A DNA stretch of 64,000 bases from an uncultured delta proteobacterium (GTDB lineage: Bacteria > Desulfobacterota > Desulfobacteria > Desulfobacterales > B30-G6). Positions 50,157-58,062 of this stretch are shown here, in pieces; position 1 is the stretch's first letter; every line of letters begins with the position of its first letter. Under the pieces are notes generated by a model. The model was not told the origin of the DNA, did not search any database, and worked only from the letters and a program-made list of their open reading frames with translations. The position numbers and the translations under genes were made by a program. The DNA is taken from the NCBI GenBank assembly GCA_963823335.1, contig CAWGLD010000007.1, positions 320,001 through 384,000 on the forward strand. The letters run 5' to 3'.

Positions 50157-52307
50157 TTATGCAAATTTAGGGTTCATCCGTTTGCATGCCCCGCACACAT
50201 GTATTGTTTCCGGCGCAACCCCATATGGTTTGACCTGTTTTTCCATATACGAAATGTATCTGCCTGCTCCCAGTTCTTTGCCGCATCCATGACAGTATAC
50301 CAGGATATCCCTGCAGAGGGTGATACCGCAAAGCCTGAGAACACACTGACCGTTTTCATGGGTCATGGTCATGGCGCCGGTGGGGCAGCTGTTGACACAA
50401 GCACCGCACAGGATGCACCTTCCGGCGGTTAACTCGAAATCGGTCGGCCCCGGAGCCTGGTGATCAAAATAACCGAGACCCAGTGCTTGAAAACCCAATT
50501 TTTCATGACATGCGTCCACGCATCTGCCGCACTGAATGCACACATCGCACCTGAGGCACCGTAAAGCCTCTGTCCTGGCTGCCTGCGGTGCAAGCGTCAA
50601 TTCCACCTGTTCGAAAGTCTTTTTCCTTTTCTCTATATCAAGCAGGGGCAACGATGGTCTGGTTAGCGTTGTTTTCTGAGATGCCGTTGTTTCAAGAAAA
50701 GCTGTCTGTGTCCTGCGGGCCGAAAGATATCGTGTTTTCAGCAAAGGCTGTCCCTGGAAGTATCGATGGACGTTCTCCGCCGCTAGTTTTCCAGCCGCAA
50801 TGGCCTCGATAATGGTGGCCGGACCTGTAACCAAATCGCCGCCTGCAAAAACACCTTTTGCTCCTGTCTGCCCCGTCAAAGGATCCGCGACGATGGTGTT
50901 GTGTTCCGTCCACGTCAGACCATTAAAGGCCGAAAGCCCTTCCCGGTCAGACCACTGCCCTATGGCATGAAGAACAGCATCGGTCTTGAGCTCATGCATG
51001 CTCCCCTGGATGGGGATGGGTCTTTTTCTGCCGTTTTCATCGGCCTCCCCGAGCCTGGCGTCCACACAACAAATACCGGACACCTTGCTCTGGGACCCCG
51101 ATATCTCCACAGGAATCTTCAAAAAGGACACCCGGACACCCTCCTGCTCCGCCTGGATGACATCCTCCTTCAGGGCCGGCATTTCACTCCGGGTCCGTCG
51201 GTACAGAACCGTAACATCGCTGCTACCCAAACGCAGTGCCGTTCGGGCGGCATCCAGCGCGACATTACCTCCCCCCACAACTGCCACACGAGAACCAATG
51301 GAAGGTGCATGCCCCAGACCGGCCTGATGTAAATACGTAATGGCATCCATGACCGGTGAAAAATCATTTTCACCTTTTATACCCATTCGCAGCCCTTTGT
51401 GGGCTCCCGTTGCAACATAGAAGGATTCAAACCCTTCCTGTCGCAACGCTTCAACCGTTATGTCCTTTCCCATACGCGTGTTGAAACGAAAGACAACACC
51501 CAGTTCTTGAATCAAAGAAATCTCTCTTTCGAGAACGGACAGGGGCAGCCGGTATCTTGGGATGCCAACACGCATCATCCCGCCGGCCCACGGCAGAGAT
51601 TCGATGACGGTTACACCATAGCCCTTGAGGGATAAATAGTAGGCCGCGCTGAGTCCGGATGGTCCGGCACCCACAATACAGACTTTGTGACCGTTGTCCT
51701 GTGCCCTGGCAGGGTTTTTAAAGCCATCACCCTCAAGGACAATTTTGGATGAAAAGGCTTTGAGGGCCTTGATGGCAACAGGTGTGTCGATGTTTTTCCT
51801 CAGGCAGGCTGTTTCACACGGATGTGTACAGGTCAGGCCGCACACCCATGGGAAAGGGTTGGCTTCCCGAATCAGCGCTATTGCTTCATGATCTCTACCC
51901 TGCCCGATCAAGGTCACGTAGCTTGCCACATCGATACCGGCTGGGCAGGCACATTGACACGCTGCCGGTGACAAAATTTCGCAATCACCCGTCAGACAGA
52001 CATGATCCCTCATATGGGTCTCAAAACAGACACCTTCTGAAAACAGTACCGCTGCAATGGTTTTGCCCAAGAATGCGACCATTTCATTTTGTGAGGATTC
52101 AAGATATTTCCCCAGAGATTCGACCCTGGACAGGTCTTGGGGAAGTGCTTTTCCAAGAGAGATTTTTTCCAGGCTGGCACACAGCGATAAAAGCGCTTTT
52201 ATTAAATGAGGGGCGAGTTGTTTCTGTGATAAACAGGTGCAATCCGAGAGTAGTCGGAACACCGGGCATGAAGGACGTTTTCCTTTCTCAACACTTGTAA
52301 CTTTCAT
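50157..52307 (-). CDS. NAD(P)H-dependent FAD/Fe-S oxidoreductase (GltD/NfnB-like with degenerate NuoF tail and C-terminal ferredoxin)
   Basis: CQCACPAG, CGLTC..PCE..C, VGAGPSG, VGGGNVA.D, RR, FAGGD, CLRC, CIQCGRC, CILCGACVNSCP. Confidence 0.88.
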   Translation of the reverse strand: MKVTSVEKGKRPSCPVFRLLSDCTCLSQKQLAPHLIKALLSLCASLEKISLGKALPQDLSRVESLGKYLESSQNEMVAFLGKTIAAVLFSEGVCFETHMRDHVCLTGDCEILSPAACQCACPAGIDVASYVTLIGQGRDHEAIALIREANPFPWVCGLTCTHPCETACLRKNIDTPVAIKALKAFSSKIVLEGDGFKNPARAQDNGHKVCIVGAGPSGLSAAYYLSLKGYGVTVIESLPWAGGMMRVGIPRYRLPLSVLEREISLIQELGVVFRFNTRMGKDITVEALRQEGFESFYVATGAHKGLRMGIKGENDFSPVMDAITYLHQAGLGHAPSIGSRVAVVGGGNVALDAARTALRLGSSDVTVLYRRTRSEMPALKEDVIQAEQEGVRVSFLKIPVEISGSQSKVSGICCVDARLGEADENGRKRPIPIQGSMHELKTDAVLHAIGQWSDREGLSAFNGLTWTEHNTIVADPLTGQTGAKGVFAGGDLVTGPATIIEAIAAGKLAAENVHRYFQGQPLLKTRYLSARRTQTAFLETTASQKTTLTRPSLPLLDIEKRKKTFEQVELTLAPQAARTEALRCLRCDVCIQCGRCVDACHEKLGFQALGLGYFDHQAPGPTDFELTAGRCILCGACVNSCPTGAMTMTHENGQCVLRLCGITLCRDILVYCHGCGKELGAGRYISYMEKQVKPYGVAPETIHVCGACKRMNPKFA

Positions 52308-52422
52308 ACCTGCACCATATATATACGCTCTATTTAAACCAGGGGTCGCGGAGTTTTTCCACCAAACCTTTCGTTGGAGCGGGAGGGGTGATCAGCAGCG
52401 AAAGCGGCACTGTCTGAATGTA

Positions 52423-53493
52423 TTAGGCTCTATCCAGATTTTCCTCTATATTCTCGAAATCAAAGCCTTCAGGATACTTGGAATAATACTCATGGTACCA
52501 TTCCCTTGCCTCATAAGCCTGGATCAGATGTTCCGCCGGAACACCGAATGGGAGATCTCAGCCGGGGGCAAATGTGAACCCCTGGGTACCGCCTGCCGCA
52601 AGACTGATCAGGGCATCTTCTCTGGGTGACAGAAGTCCCAGGCCGAGGGCAAGGGTCAACTTCAGATTTCCACCAAACCCTTTACCGTATTTTCTTGCGA
52701 TATCACGGACAAAATTCAGGTTCATCTGTTCATCGATGGCAAATCCGTGGGTACCGACCTTGCAGACATCTTCAATGACCTTTGTGCAGTCACCACAGAT
52801 GAAGAAGCTGGAAGTCTTGCCGGCATCATGTATGGCTGTTACGGCTTCCTGGCAGTTGGGTGTCACATATTCCTGAAAAGTCTCAGGTCGAATCTGCGAC
52901 GCTACCGGATCCACGATAGCGATGATATCACACCCCATTTGCGTATAAAACCGGGCAGACTCGGCACAGAGTTTACCGGCATAGGCTATAATGGCATGAG
53001 CGAAATCCTTCTTTTTTTTCAATGCCGTAAAAATACGCACACCGGCCAGATGAGAAGCCAGGGTCAGGGGTCCGGTCACCAGGCCGAGCATGGCGCAGTC
53101 CATTTCGTCGAGTTGCGGTTTGACCTTGGCTGCCGCCTGGAAAATGATCGGCCACCTTCCGGATGTTTTTGTAAACACCCCCAGCCCGAGTTCTTCGGGT
53201 GTCAACTTTTCACAGGGATGGGTCTTCACCGAAGGCACATTGTCTTCCCAGTATTCCAGTTCACAACCAATGGATTCCGCTTCCAGGGAGAGATCGAACA
53301 AGAGGGGGATGCCATCCGCATGATAGGTTTTGGCGGCATGGACAACTCCCCGGGAAAGGATATCCGCATCCTTGAGATACCTGTCTGCTTTTTCATTGAT
53401 AAGATAGGCACAGTTGACACCGGCATACGGAACCCAGGGGGCCTTGTCCGTTTCTTTCCCCCGTGTGGCGTCGATGAGCATCTGTTTGGCCAT
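52423..53493 (-). CDS. MtaA/CmuA (UroD-family) methylcobamide methyltransferase, predicted selenoprotein (356 aa, Sec312)
   Basis: PWVPY.G, DL.LEAE..GC, GPLTLASHL, DPVASQI, GGNL. In-frame TGA (52558-52560) falls in APG*DLP where the family has Cys. Frame continues 44 aa to TAA at 52423. Confidence 0.82.
52522..52557 (-). promoter_or_regulatory. Putative bacterial SECIS element
   Basis: Immediately after UGA: GATCTCCCATTCGGTGTTCC-GGC-GGAACATCTGATC. Apical loop begins with G ~20 nt from the UGA. Confidence 0.65.
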
Positions 53494-53654
53494 GAAATGC
53501 CTCCTTTATGATTTTTTAATTACCTCAGGATTCCCAAAACCTCTTTTCTTCAATACTGCTCGGTGATATTCGATGGTAAGGCAAGCGTTGATCCTCTGAT
53601 TTTTAAGGTCAAGAAGGTCACTCGAACCCTCGACCCCTTGAATCCTTGAACCCT

Positions 53655-54404
53655 TTATTTTTCTCGTATAGATCTGAACTGGCAGTGTTTCATCGCGCAT
53701 TGCAGGCATTTACTGCCCACGGGCTTTTGCTGCGCCGAATCACTGTATATGACAAAACCGGATATGGATTTTGCCGGTTGCATGACAAACGCATCATTCA
53801 GGTGCACACCGGCTGTGTCTTGTCCCAACAGATCGAATATCAGGGTCTGGCTTTCCAGGGCCACGCCATTCAGACCCGGTCCCATCCGACATCCGGAAAA
53901 AAGACCCATCCGTTGTGCATGCATCTCAATCATGTCATTGCATATCAACCCCATGGCATCCAGCATGGCTGTGCCAACAGCATCCAGCAGCAGGGATTGG
54001 TATATGCTGTTGCGTTTTGCAAGATCCCGGCACATGGTCTCGAGGGCACTGCCCAGGCTGCCGACAAAAACAGCAACATACCGGGCATCACTCTCCCACC
54101 TGTCAGGAAGCATGTCAGCATATGCGCCCCTTGACAAAACGATTCCGTATACTTCTTCAATCATGTCCATCGGAATCGCTCGATAACAAATAACCGCCTG
54201 TATCATCCCGACAGTCTGCCGGATGCCCTGGCATACCTGTTGACGTGTCTCCGGGGTCATGGGATAGTCCGGCCCCCCGAAGTAGCGGGCAACAGCCTCT
54301 GGTGACGGCCTGACATCTTCCGGGTCGACGTCAATTCTCACCGTCGATGAATCACCTGCCCCGAATATATCGGCAGTTATGAGTTTTTTCGGTTTGACAG
54401 TCAT
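53655..54404 (-). CDS. Stand-alone cobalamin-dependent methionine synthase activation-domain protein
   Basis: F.GSLG..LE, LLDAVGTA, R.GPG, Q..IFDLL, GV.L...VMQPAKSISG, C-terminal CLQC...C.FR. Confidence 0.85.
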   Translation of the reverse strand: MTVKPKKLITADIFGAGDSSTVRIDVDPEDVRPSPEAVARYFGGPDYPMTPETRQQVCQGIRQTVGMIQAVICYRAIPMDMIEEVYGIVLSRGAYADMLPDRWESDARYVAVFVGSLGSALETMCRDLAKRNSIYQSLLLDAVGTAMLDAMGLICNDMIEMHAQRMGLFSGCRMGPGLNGVALESQTLIFDLLGQDTAGVHLNDAFVMQPAKSISGFVIYSDSAQQKPVGSKCLQCAMKHCQFRSIREK

Positions 54405-54521
54405 TCCATAAAAAACCGTTTTACGGTCACCACAGGAGTGTTCAACGACCGAAACACGAAAGATCCGACCATGCTTGAGAAAGGTCGTAATTTGGCTTTA
54501 AAAAAGCGGCGCAGCCGCGTC

Positions 54522-54548
54522 AAATAAAATCGCCCGGCGATTTTATTT
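54522..54548. terminator. Intrinsic terminator-like hairpin after the mtmB-like gene
   Basis: AAATAAAATCGC-CCG-GCGATTTTATTT 12-bp perfect stem abutting the stop codon. Confidence 0.55.
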
Positions 54549-55930
54549 TAGTAGGGAAACTCAATTCCCATGTCTGCGATTTCATCTTTGATTCTGCGGT
54601 ACATATCGTAATGTTCCTGGGTCGGCACCGCTTTGGCGACATCGTAGCATTCATGGTACTCACTCCCGATGGGCGCATCTGCGGCATGGTCCTCGTATTT
54701 TGCCAGCAATTTCTTGGCAATCGCATTGACTTCGGCCCGGGACAAGCCCTGGCACGCGACAGCATGGCCCACTTCCATGCCGATTCTGGCTTCCAGCGGT
54801 GTTGCACGATTCTTGTATTTGTTGCGGGTCGAAGCCATCTCCCACAGGTGCCATCCAGTGACCGTCGAGACCATGGCGTGAACCGCGGTTTCCCGAAACA
54901 GCATCTCCGTCATGGGACCGGCATTGGCGAATCCATTGGAAGTATGCAGCAGTTTACTGTTTCTGGCCAGCGCCTGCCCTGCCATGGCGATGGCCCACAG
55001 CAACTCCCGGGTGGTGTTGGAACCGTAATTCAAATGAAATGGAAAGTGCTGATTGAAAACAGCACCGTGAATCACCAGACCGATAAGACTGTAGGCGACC
55101 GTGGTCACCGCCGTTCCCTCTGAGCCGCCGCACCATCCACCGTAAATCGCCCCGGTCAGGTTCCCGGTATAGCAGCCATACTGGGCATAATGAAGGGAGC
55201 GATTGAGAAGTGTGTCGGCGGTCTTGAACTCGGTCAGGGACCCTACAAGCCGTGCATCTGATTTTTGAACGCCCCACTCCTGGTTTGATACGGCGATTTG
55301 ACCGCTGTCGTGCTCCGCGGTCCCCACGGCAACCATAAATGTTCCCGGCCGTCCCAGCAGTCTTGCCGCCAGCTTCTGATTGGTGATGTGCTGGATACAG
55401 CCGCTGATTTCAGAGGGACCCGAAGATTCGATCAGATGACCAAAGGTCTCTTCCAGGATCGGCCCGCAAATGCCGTCCAGAAGTGGTTCCTTGAGATAGG
55501 CCATGCACATGGACTGGTGGTACTGCTCGTCACAGGTGATGTCCGGGCTCATGATACAGAATGGGGGGGCCGTGTCTTCCACCTGCCGGTGTTTCCACAG
55601 GACAGCGTCTTTTCCGGCACCCACCCAATATTGATCATGGGCCATATACAGCGCTTCCCGAATCTCTTCATCGGTGACCTGGATCAGCCGGTGGGAATCG
55701 GTATTGTAATACCCCACATCCCGGAACAGCTCCCAGGCAGCCTGCCAGATTCTGTCAGCCATGGCATCGTCTGTGGGGCACGGGTTTTCCGGGTCATATT
55801 TTATTTCATATTTTTTGATAAGTTTTTTCAGGGTCGGTGTAAAGTGCTTGGGAAGAAAATCATCCTCCTCCATAAAAGGACCGGTCTGGGATCGTTCGAG
55901 AATCTCCCAGTGCCTGTAGGCTGTTGTCAT
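54548..55930 (-). CDS. Monomethylamine methyltransferase (MtmB) family protein, non-pyrrolysine
   Basis: 460 aa. TGP.M.E.DF, DD.MAD..WQA, GRPG, IYGG.CGG.EG.A, AGP.TEM, P.EAR, P.G..Y.ECYD. No amber. Confidence 0.88.
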   Translation of the reverse strand: MTTAYRHWEILERSQTGPFMEEDDFLPKHFTPTLKKLIKKYEIKYDPENPCPTDDAMADRIWQAAWELFRDVGYYNTDSHRLIQVTDEEIREALYMAHDQYWVGAGKDAVLWKHRQVEDTAPPFCIMSPDITCDEQYHQSMCMAYLKEPLLDGICGPILEETFGHLIESSGPSEISGCIQHITNQKLAARLLGRPGTFMVAVGTAEHDSGQIAVSNQEWGVQKSDARLVGSLTEFKTADTLLNRSLHYAQYGCYTGNLTGAIYGGWCGGSEGTAVTTVAYSLIGLVIHGAVFNQHFPFHLNYGSNTTRELLWAIAMAGQALARNSKLLHTSNGFANAGPMTEMLFRETAVHAMVSTVTGWHLWEMASTRNKYKNRATPLEARIGMEVGHAVACQGLSRAEVNAIAKKLLAKYEDHAADAPIGSEYHECYDVAKAVPTQEHYDMYRRIKDEIADMGIEFPY

Positions 55931-56123
55931 GTCACTCCTCCTTATCTTTCCTGGCAGTTACTCAGGGTATTCATTCTATGGCTCTTCTTCAATTTCATTG
56001 GTAAAAAAGGGTCCGAGGGGTCAAGGGGGTCACGTGTTTGATTACCAGGTATTTGACCATCGTTTGGGTTTCCAATTTTCCAAAACATTTAACGATTGAT
56101 GGCCCGCCACCATTTCACTTGAA

Positions 56124-56170
56124 CCGCGACAGCGAGCGCATTCCCCGTAGCTTGCTGCGAGGTTCTTCAA
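56124..56170 (+). mobile_element. 47-bp PATE-like element inserted in an 8-mer tract
   Basis: CCGCGACAGCGAGCGCATTCCCCGTAGCTTGCTGCGAGGTTCTTCAA after TTGAA. Removal restores CACTTGAATCCTGG. Confidence 0.75.
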
Positions 56171-56205
56171 TCCTGGAACCCTTGAATCCTTGAACTTTGA
56201 TCATC

Positions 56206-56841
56206 TCATTTTGAGATGATCAAGTTTGCTAAAAGTTCAGGCGCACTCTTGGCGTCCTTACAGTAAAGGTCGGCACCGATCTGGTCGGCCCAAAGCTGGG
56301 AAGTGGGCGCACCACCGATAACAACCTTATATTGATCCCTTATCCCTTTTGAATTTAAAATCTCTATGATTTCTTTCTGACGTGGCATGGTGGTGGTCAT
56401 CAGCGATGAAGCGCCGATGAAATCAGCACCCATGGCCTCGGCCTCCTTGATAAAGGTCAGCGGATCCACGTTGTATCCCAGATCCTTCACCACGAAACCA
56501 TTGGTTTCCAGGATGAGCTTGACGATATTTTTGCCGATTTCATGCAGGTCCCCTTTGACCACGCCGATCACGATCTTGCCTTTGACTTCCTGTCCGCCGA
56601 CCTCGTCCAGATAGGGCGCCATTACCTCGACCACAGCGGACAAGGCCTCTCCGGCCAGCATGATCTCGGGAAGGAAAATTTCCAGTTTTGAAAACAGGTC
56701 CCCCACATGTGCCATGGTCCTGGTCATGGCCGCTATCATTTCCAGAGGGTTTGCACCGTCCTTGAGAAGCCTTTCGGCAAGCTCCCGGGCCTCCTCTGCT
56801 TCACCGTCTTCCACAAATTTGCTCAATTCCTCCAACGACAT
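56206..56841 (-). CDS. Corrinoid (cobalamin-binding) protein, MtmC/MttC family
   Basis: VG.LF...EIFLPE, GDLHEIGKN (DxHxxG), SSLMTTT, IGGAP. RBS AAGGAGG before ATG 56841. Confidence 0.93.
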   Translation of the reverse strand: MSLEELSKFVEDGEAEEARELAERLLKDGANPLEMIAAMTRTMAHVGDLFSKLEIFLPEIMLAGEALSAVVEVMAPYLDEVGGQEVKGKIVIGVVKGDLHEIGKNIVKLILETNGFVVKDLGYNVDPLTFIKEAEAMGADFIGASSLMTTTMPRQKEIIEILNSKGIRDQYKVVIGGAPTSQLWADQIGADLYCKDAKSAPELLANLIISK

Positions 56842-57047
56842 GTCAGGCCTCCTTGCTATCAGCTCTTTTAGGATAATAATATAGATTGTTATAATAACGC
56901 ATTTCACCTTGCCCTGAAGCAAGATGTTGCCGTAAAAAATCAGAAATTCCGGAGAACTAGATGAACATCGAATCCCGTCACGGCGGGAAACGTTCAGCAT
57001 CCAACGTCGAATACGACAGGTCTCCGCATTTTGTACGGCTTCCTAAG

Positions 57048-57061
57048 GTTGTATATACAAC
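57048..57061. promoter_or_regulatory. HutC-type operator upstream of the corrinoid methyltransferase operon
   Basis: Perfect palindrome GTTGTATATACAAC. Confidence 0.75.
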
Positions 57062-57120
57062 TTCTGTGTCTATAAAATAGGATTTTGCTTTTTGTCAAGG
57101 CATAACATGGCACTACGATG

Positions 57121-57867
57121 TTATGGGGTCATGTTTTCCTGTTTAAAGAAATCGGCTGGGTCGAACTGGGGCGAGAAGGTATCCCGGAAAGCCATCTCAC
57201 CGCGCATGTAATACTCCACATAGGTAACCGGATCGTCAAATGAATAGATCGTCCGCTTGATATGGAACACAGGATAACCCGGTTTTACACCAAAGATGGG
57301 GGCGGTCTCTTCTGAAAGAACGATCGCCTCCATACTCTGGCTGATCCTGGTAAGCTGCAGTTTGTATTTATTGATCAGAATGCTGTGAATGGATTCGTTT
57401 TTGAGATCCTCCCAGAGAATACCGGCACAGATATCAGGCCGTAGGTACCGTATTTCGTAACGCACCGGCTTTTGATCGAAATACCACAGACGGCTGATAA
57501 GAATCAACTGCTCCCCGGTTTCCAGCTGTTTTGAAACATCGGCCGGAGGGTCTACCACCTGTGCCTTTTGAACATCCGTTGTCAGAACCACGTTCAGATC
57601 GTCAGCCCACTTCTGAAACGGTCTGACCCGGAAAAATCCGGTGGTGTAATGCTTCTTCTTCACGAAGGTACCCTTGCCCGGCACGCGCTCAACAAACCCT
57701 TCCCTCTCTATGGCATCGATGGCTTTTCTGGCCGTCATGCGGCTGACACCAAAGGTTTCCGCCAGCCTGTTTTCCGAAGGCACAACATCCAAAAAATTTC
57801 GTGCCTTGATGCCTTTGATGACATACTCCTTTATCTTTTCGTATTTCGGAATCTTTTTTTGCATCAT
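57121..57867 (-). CDS. hutC: GntR/UTRA family regulator, HutC-like
   Basis: PKYEKIK, PSE..LA..FGVSRMTARKA, PGKGTFV, UTRA domain, divergent from hutU. Confidence 0.82.
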   Translation of the reverse strand: MMQKKIPKYEKIKEYVIKGIKARNFLDVVPSENRLAETFGVSRMTARKAIDAIEREGFVERVPGKGTFVKKKHYTTGFFRVRPFQKWADDLNVVLTTDVQKAQVVDPPADVSKQLETGEQLILISRLWYFDQKPVRYEIRYLRPDICAGILWEDLKNESIHSILINKYKLQLTRISQSMEAIVLSEETAPIFGVKPGYPVFHIKRTIYSFDDPVTYVEYYMRGEMAFRDTFSPQFDPADFFKQENMTP

Positions 57868-57895
57868 ACATCCCCGTTTCACGGTCTGAAAACCC

Positions 57896-57905
57896 TGTAT
57901 ATACA
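57896..57905. promoter_or_regulatory. HutC-type operator upstream of hutC
   Basis: TGTATATACA. Confidence 0.7.
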
Positions 57906-57995
57906 TCTGGCACACTATAGCCCCACCCGTTTGGATTGTCGAGAGCAAATTCCGCTTGACAAGTCCGGGAACGATGGTCATAACTACTCTTTGAT

Positions 57996-58005
57996 TGTAT
58001 ATACA
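57996..58005. promoter_or_regulatory. HutC-type operator upstream of hutU
   Basis: TGTATATACA, downstream of TTGACA at ~57956. Confidence 0.75.
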
Positions 58006-58062
58006 GGTCTGGCTCGTCTCCGCCTGGCTTTATAGAACCTTTCAGGGTGCAAAGGAGGTCCC

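Noticed and set aside
48606-55930. Pyrrolysine recoding in mtmB/mttB homologues
   Set aside because: Both ORFs are full length with no in-frame TAG, and no pyl genes are in the window.
56842-57120. Cobalamin riboswitch ahead of the corrinoid operon
   Set aside because: No B12-box consensus found; the region holds 7-mer repeat debris and the HutC-type operator.
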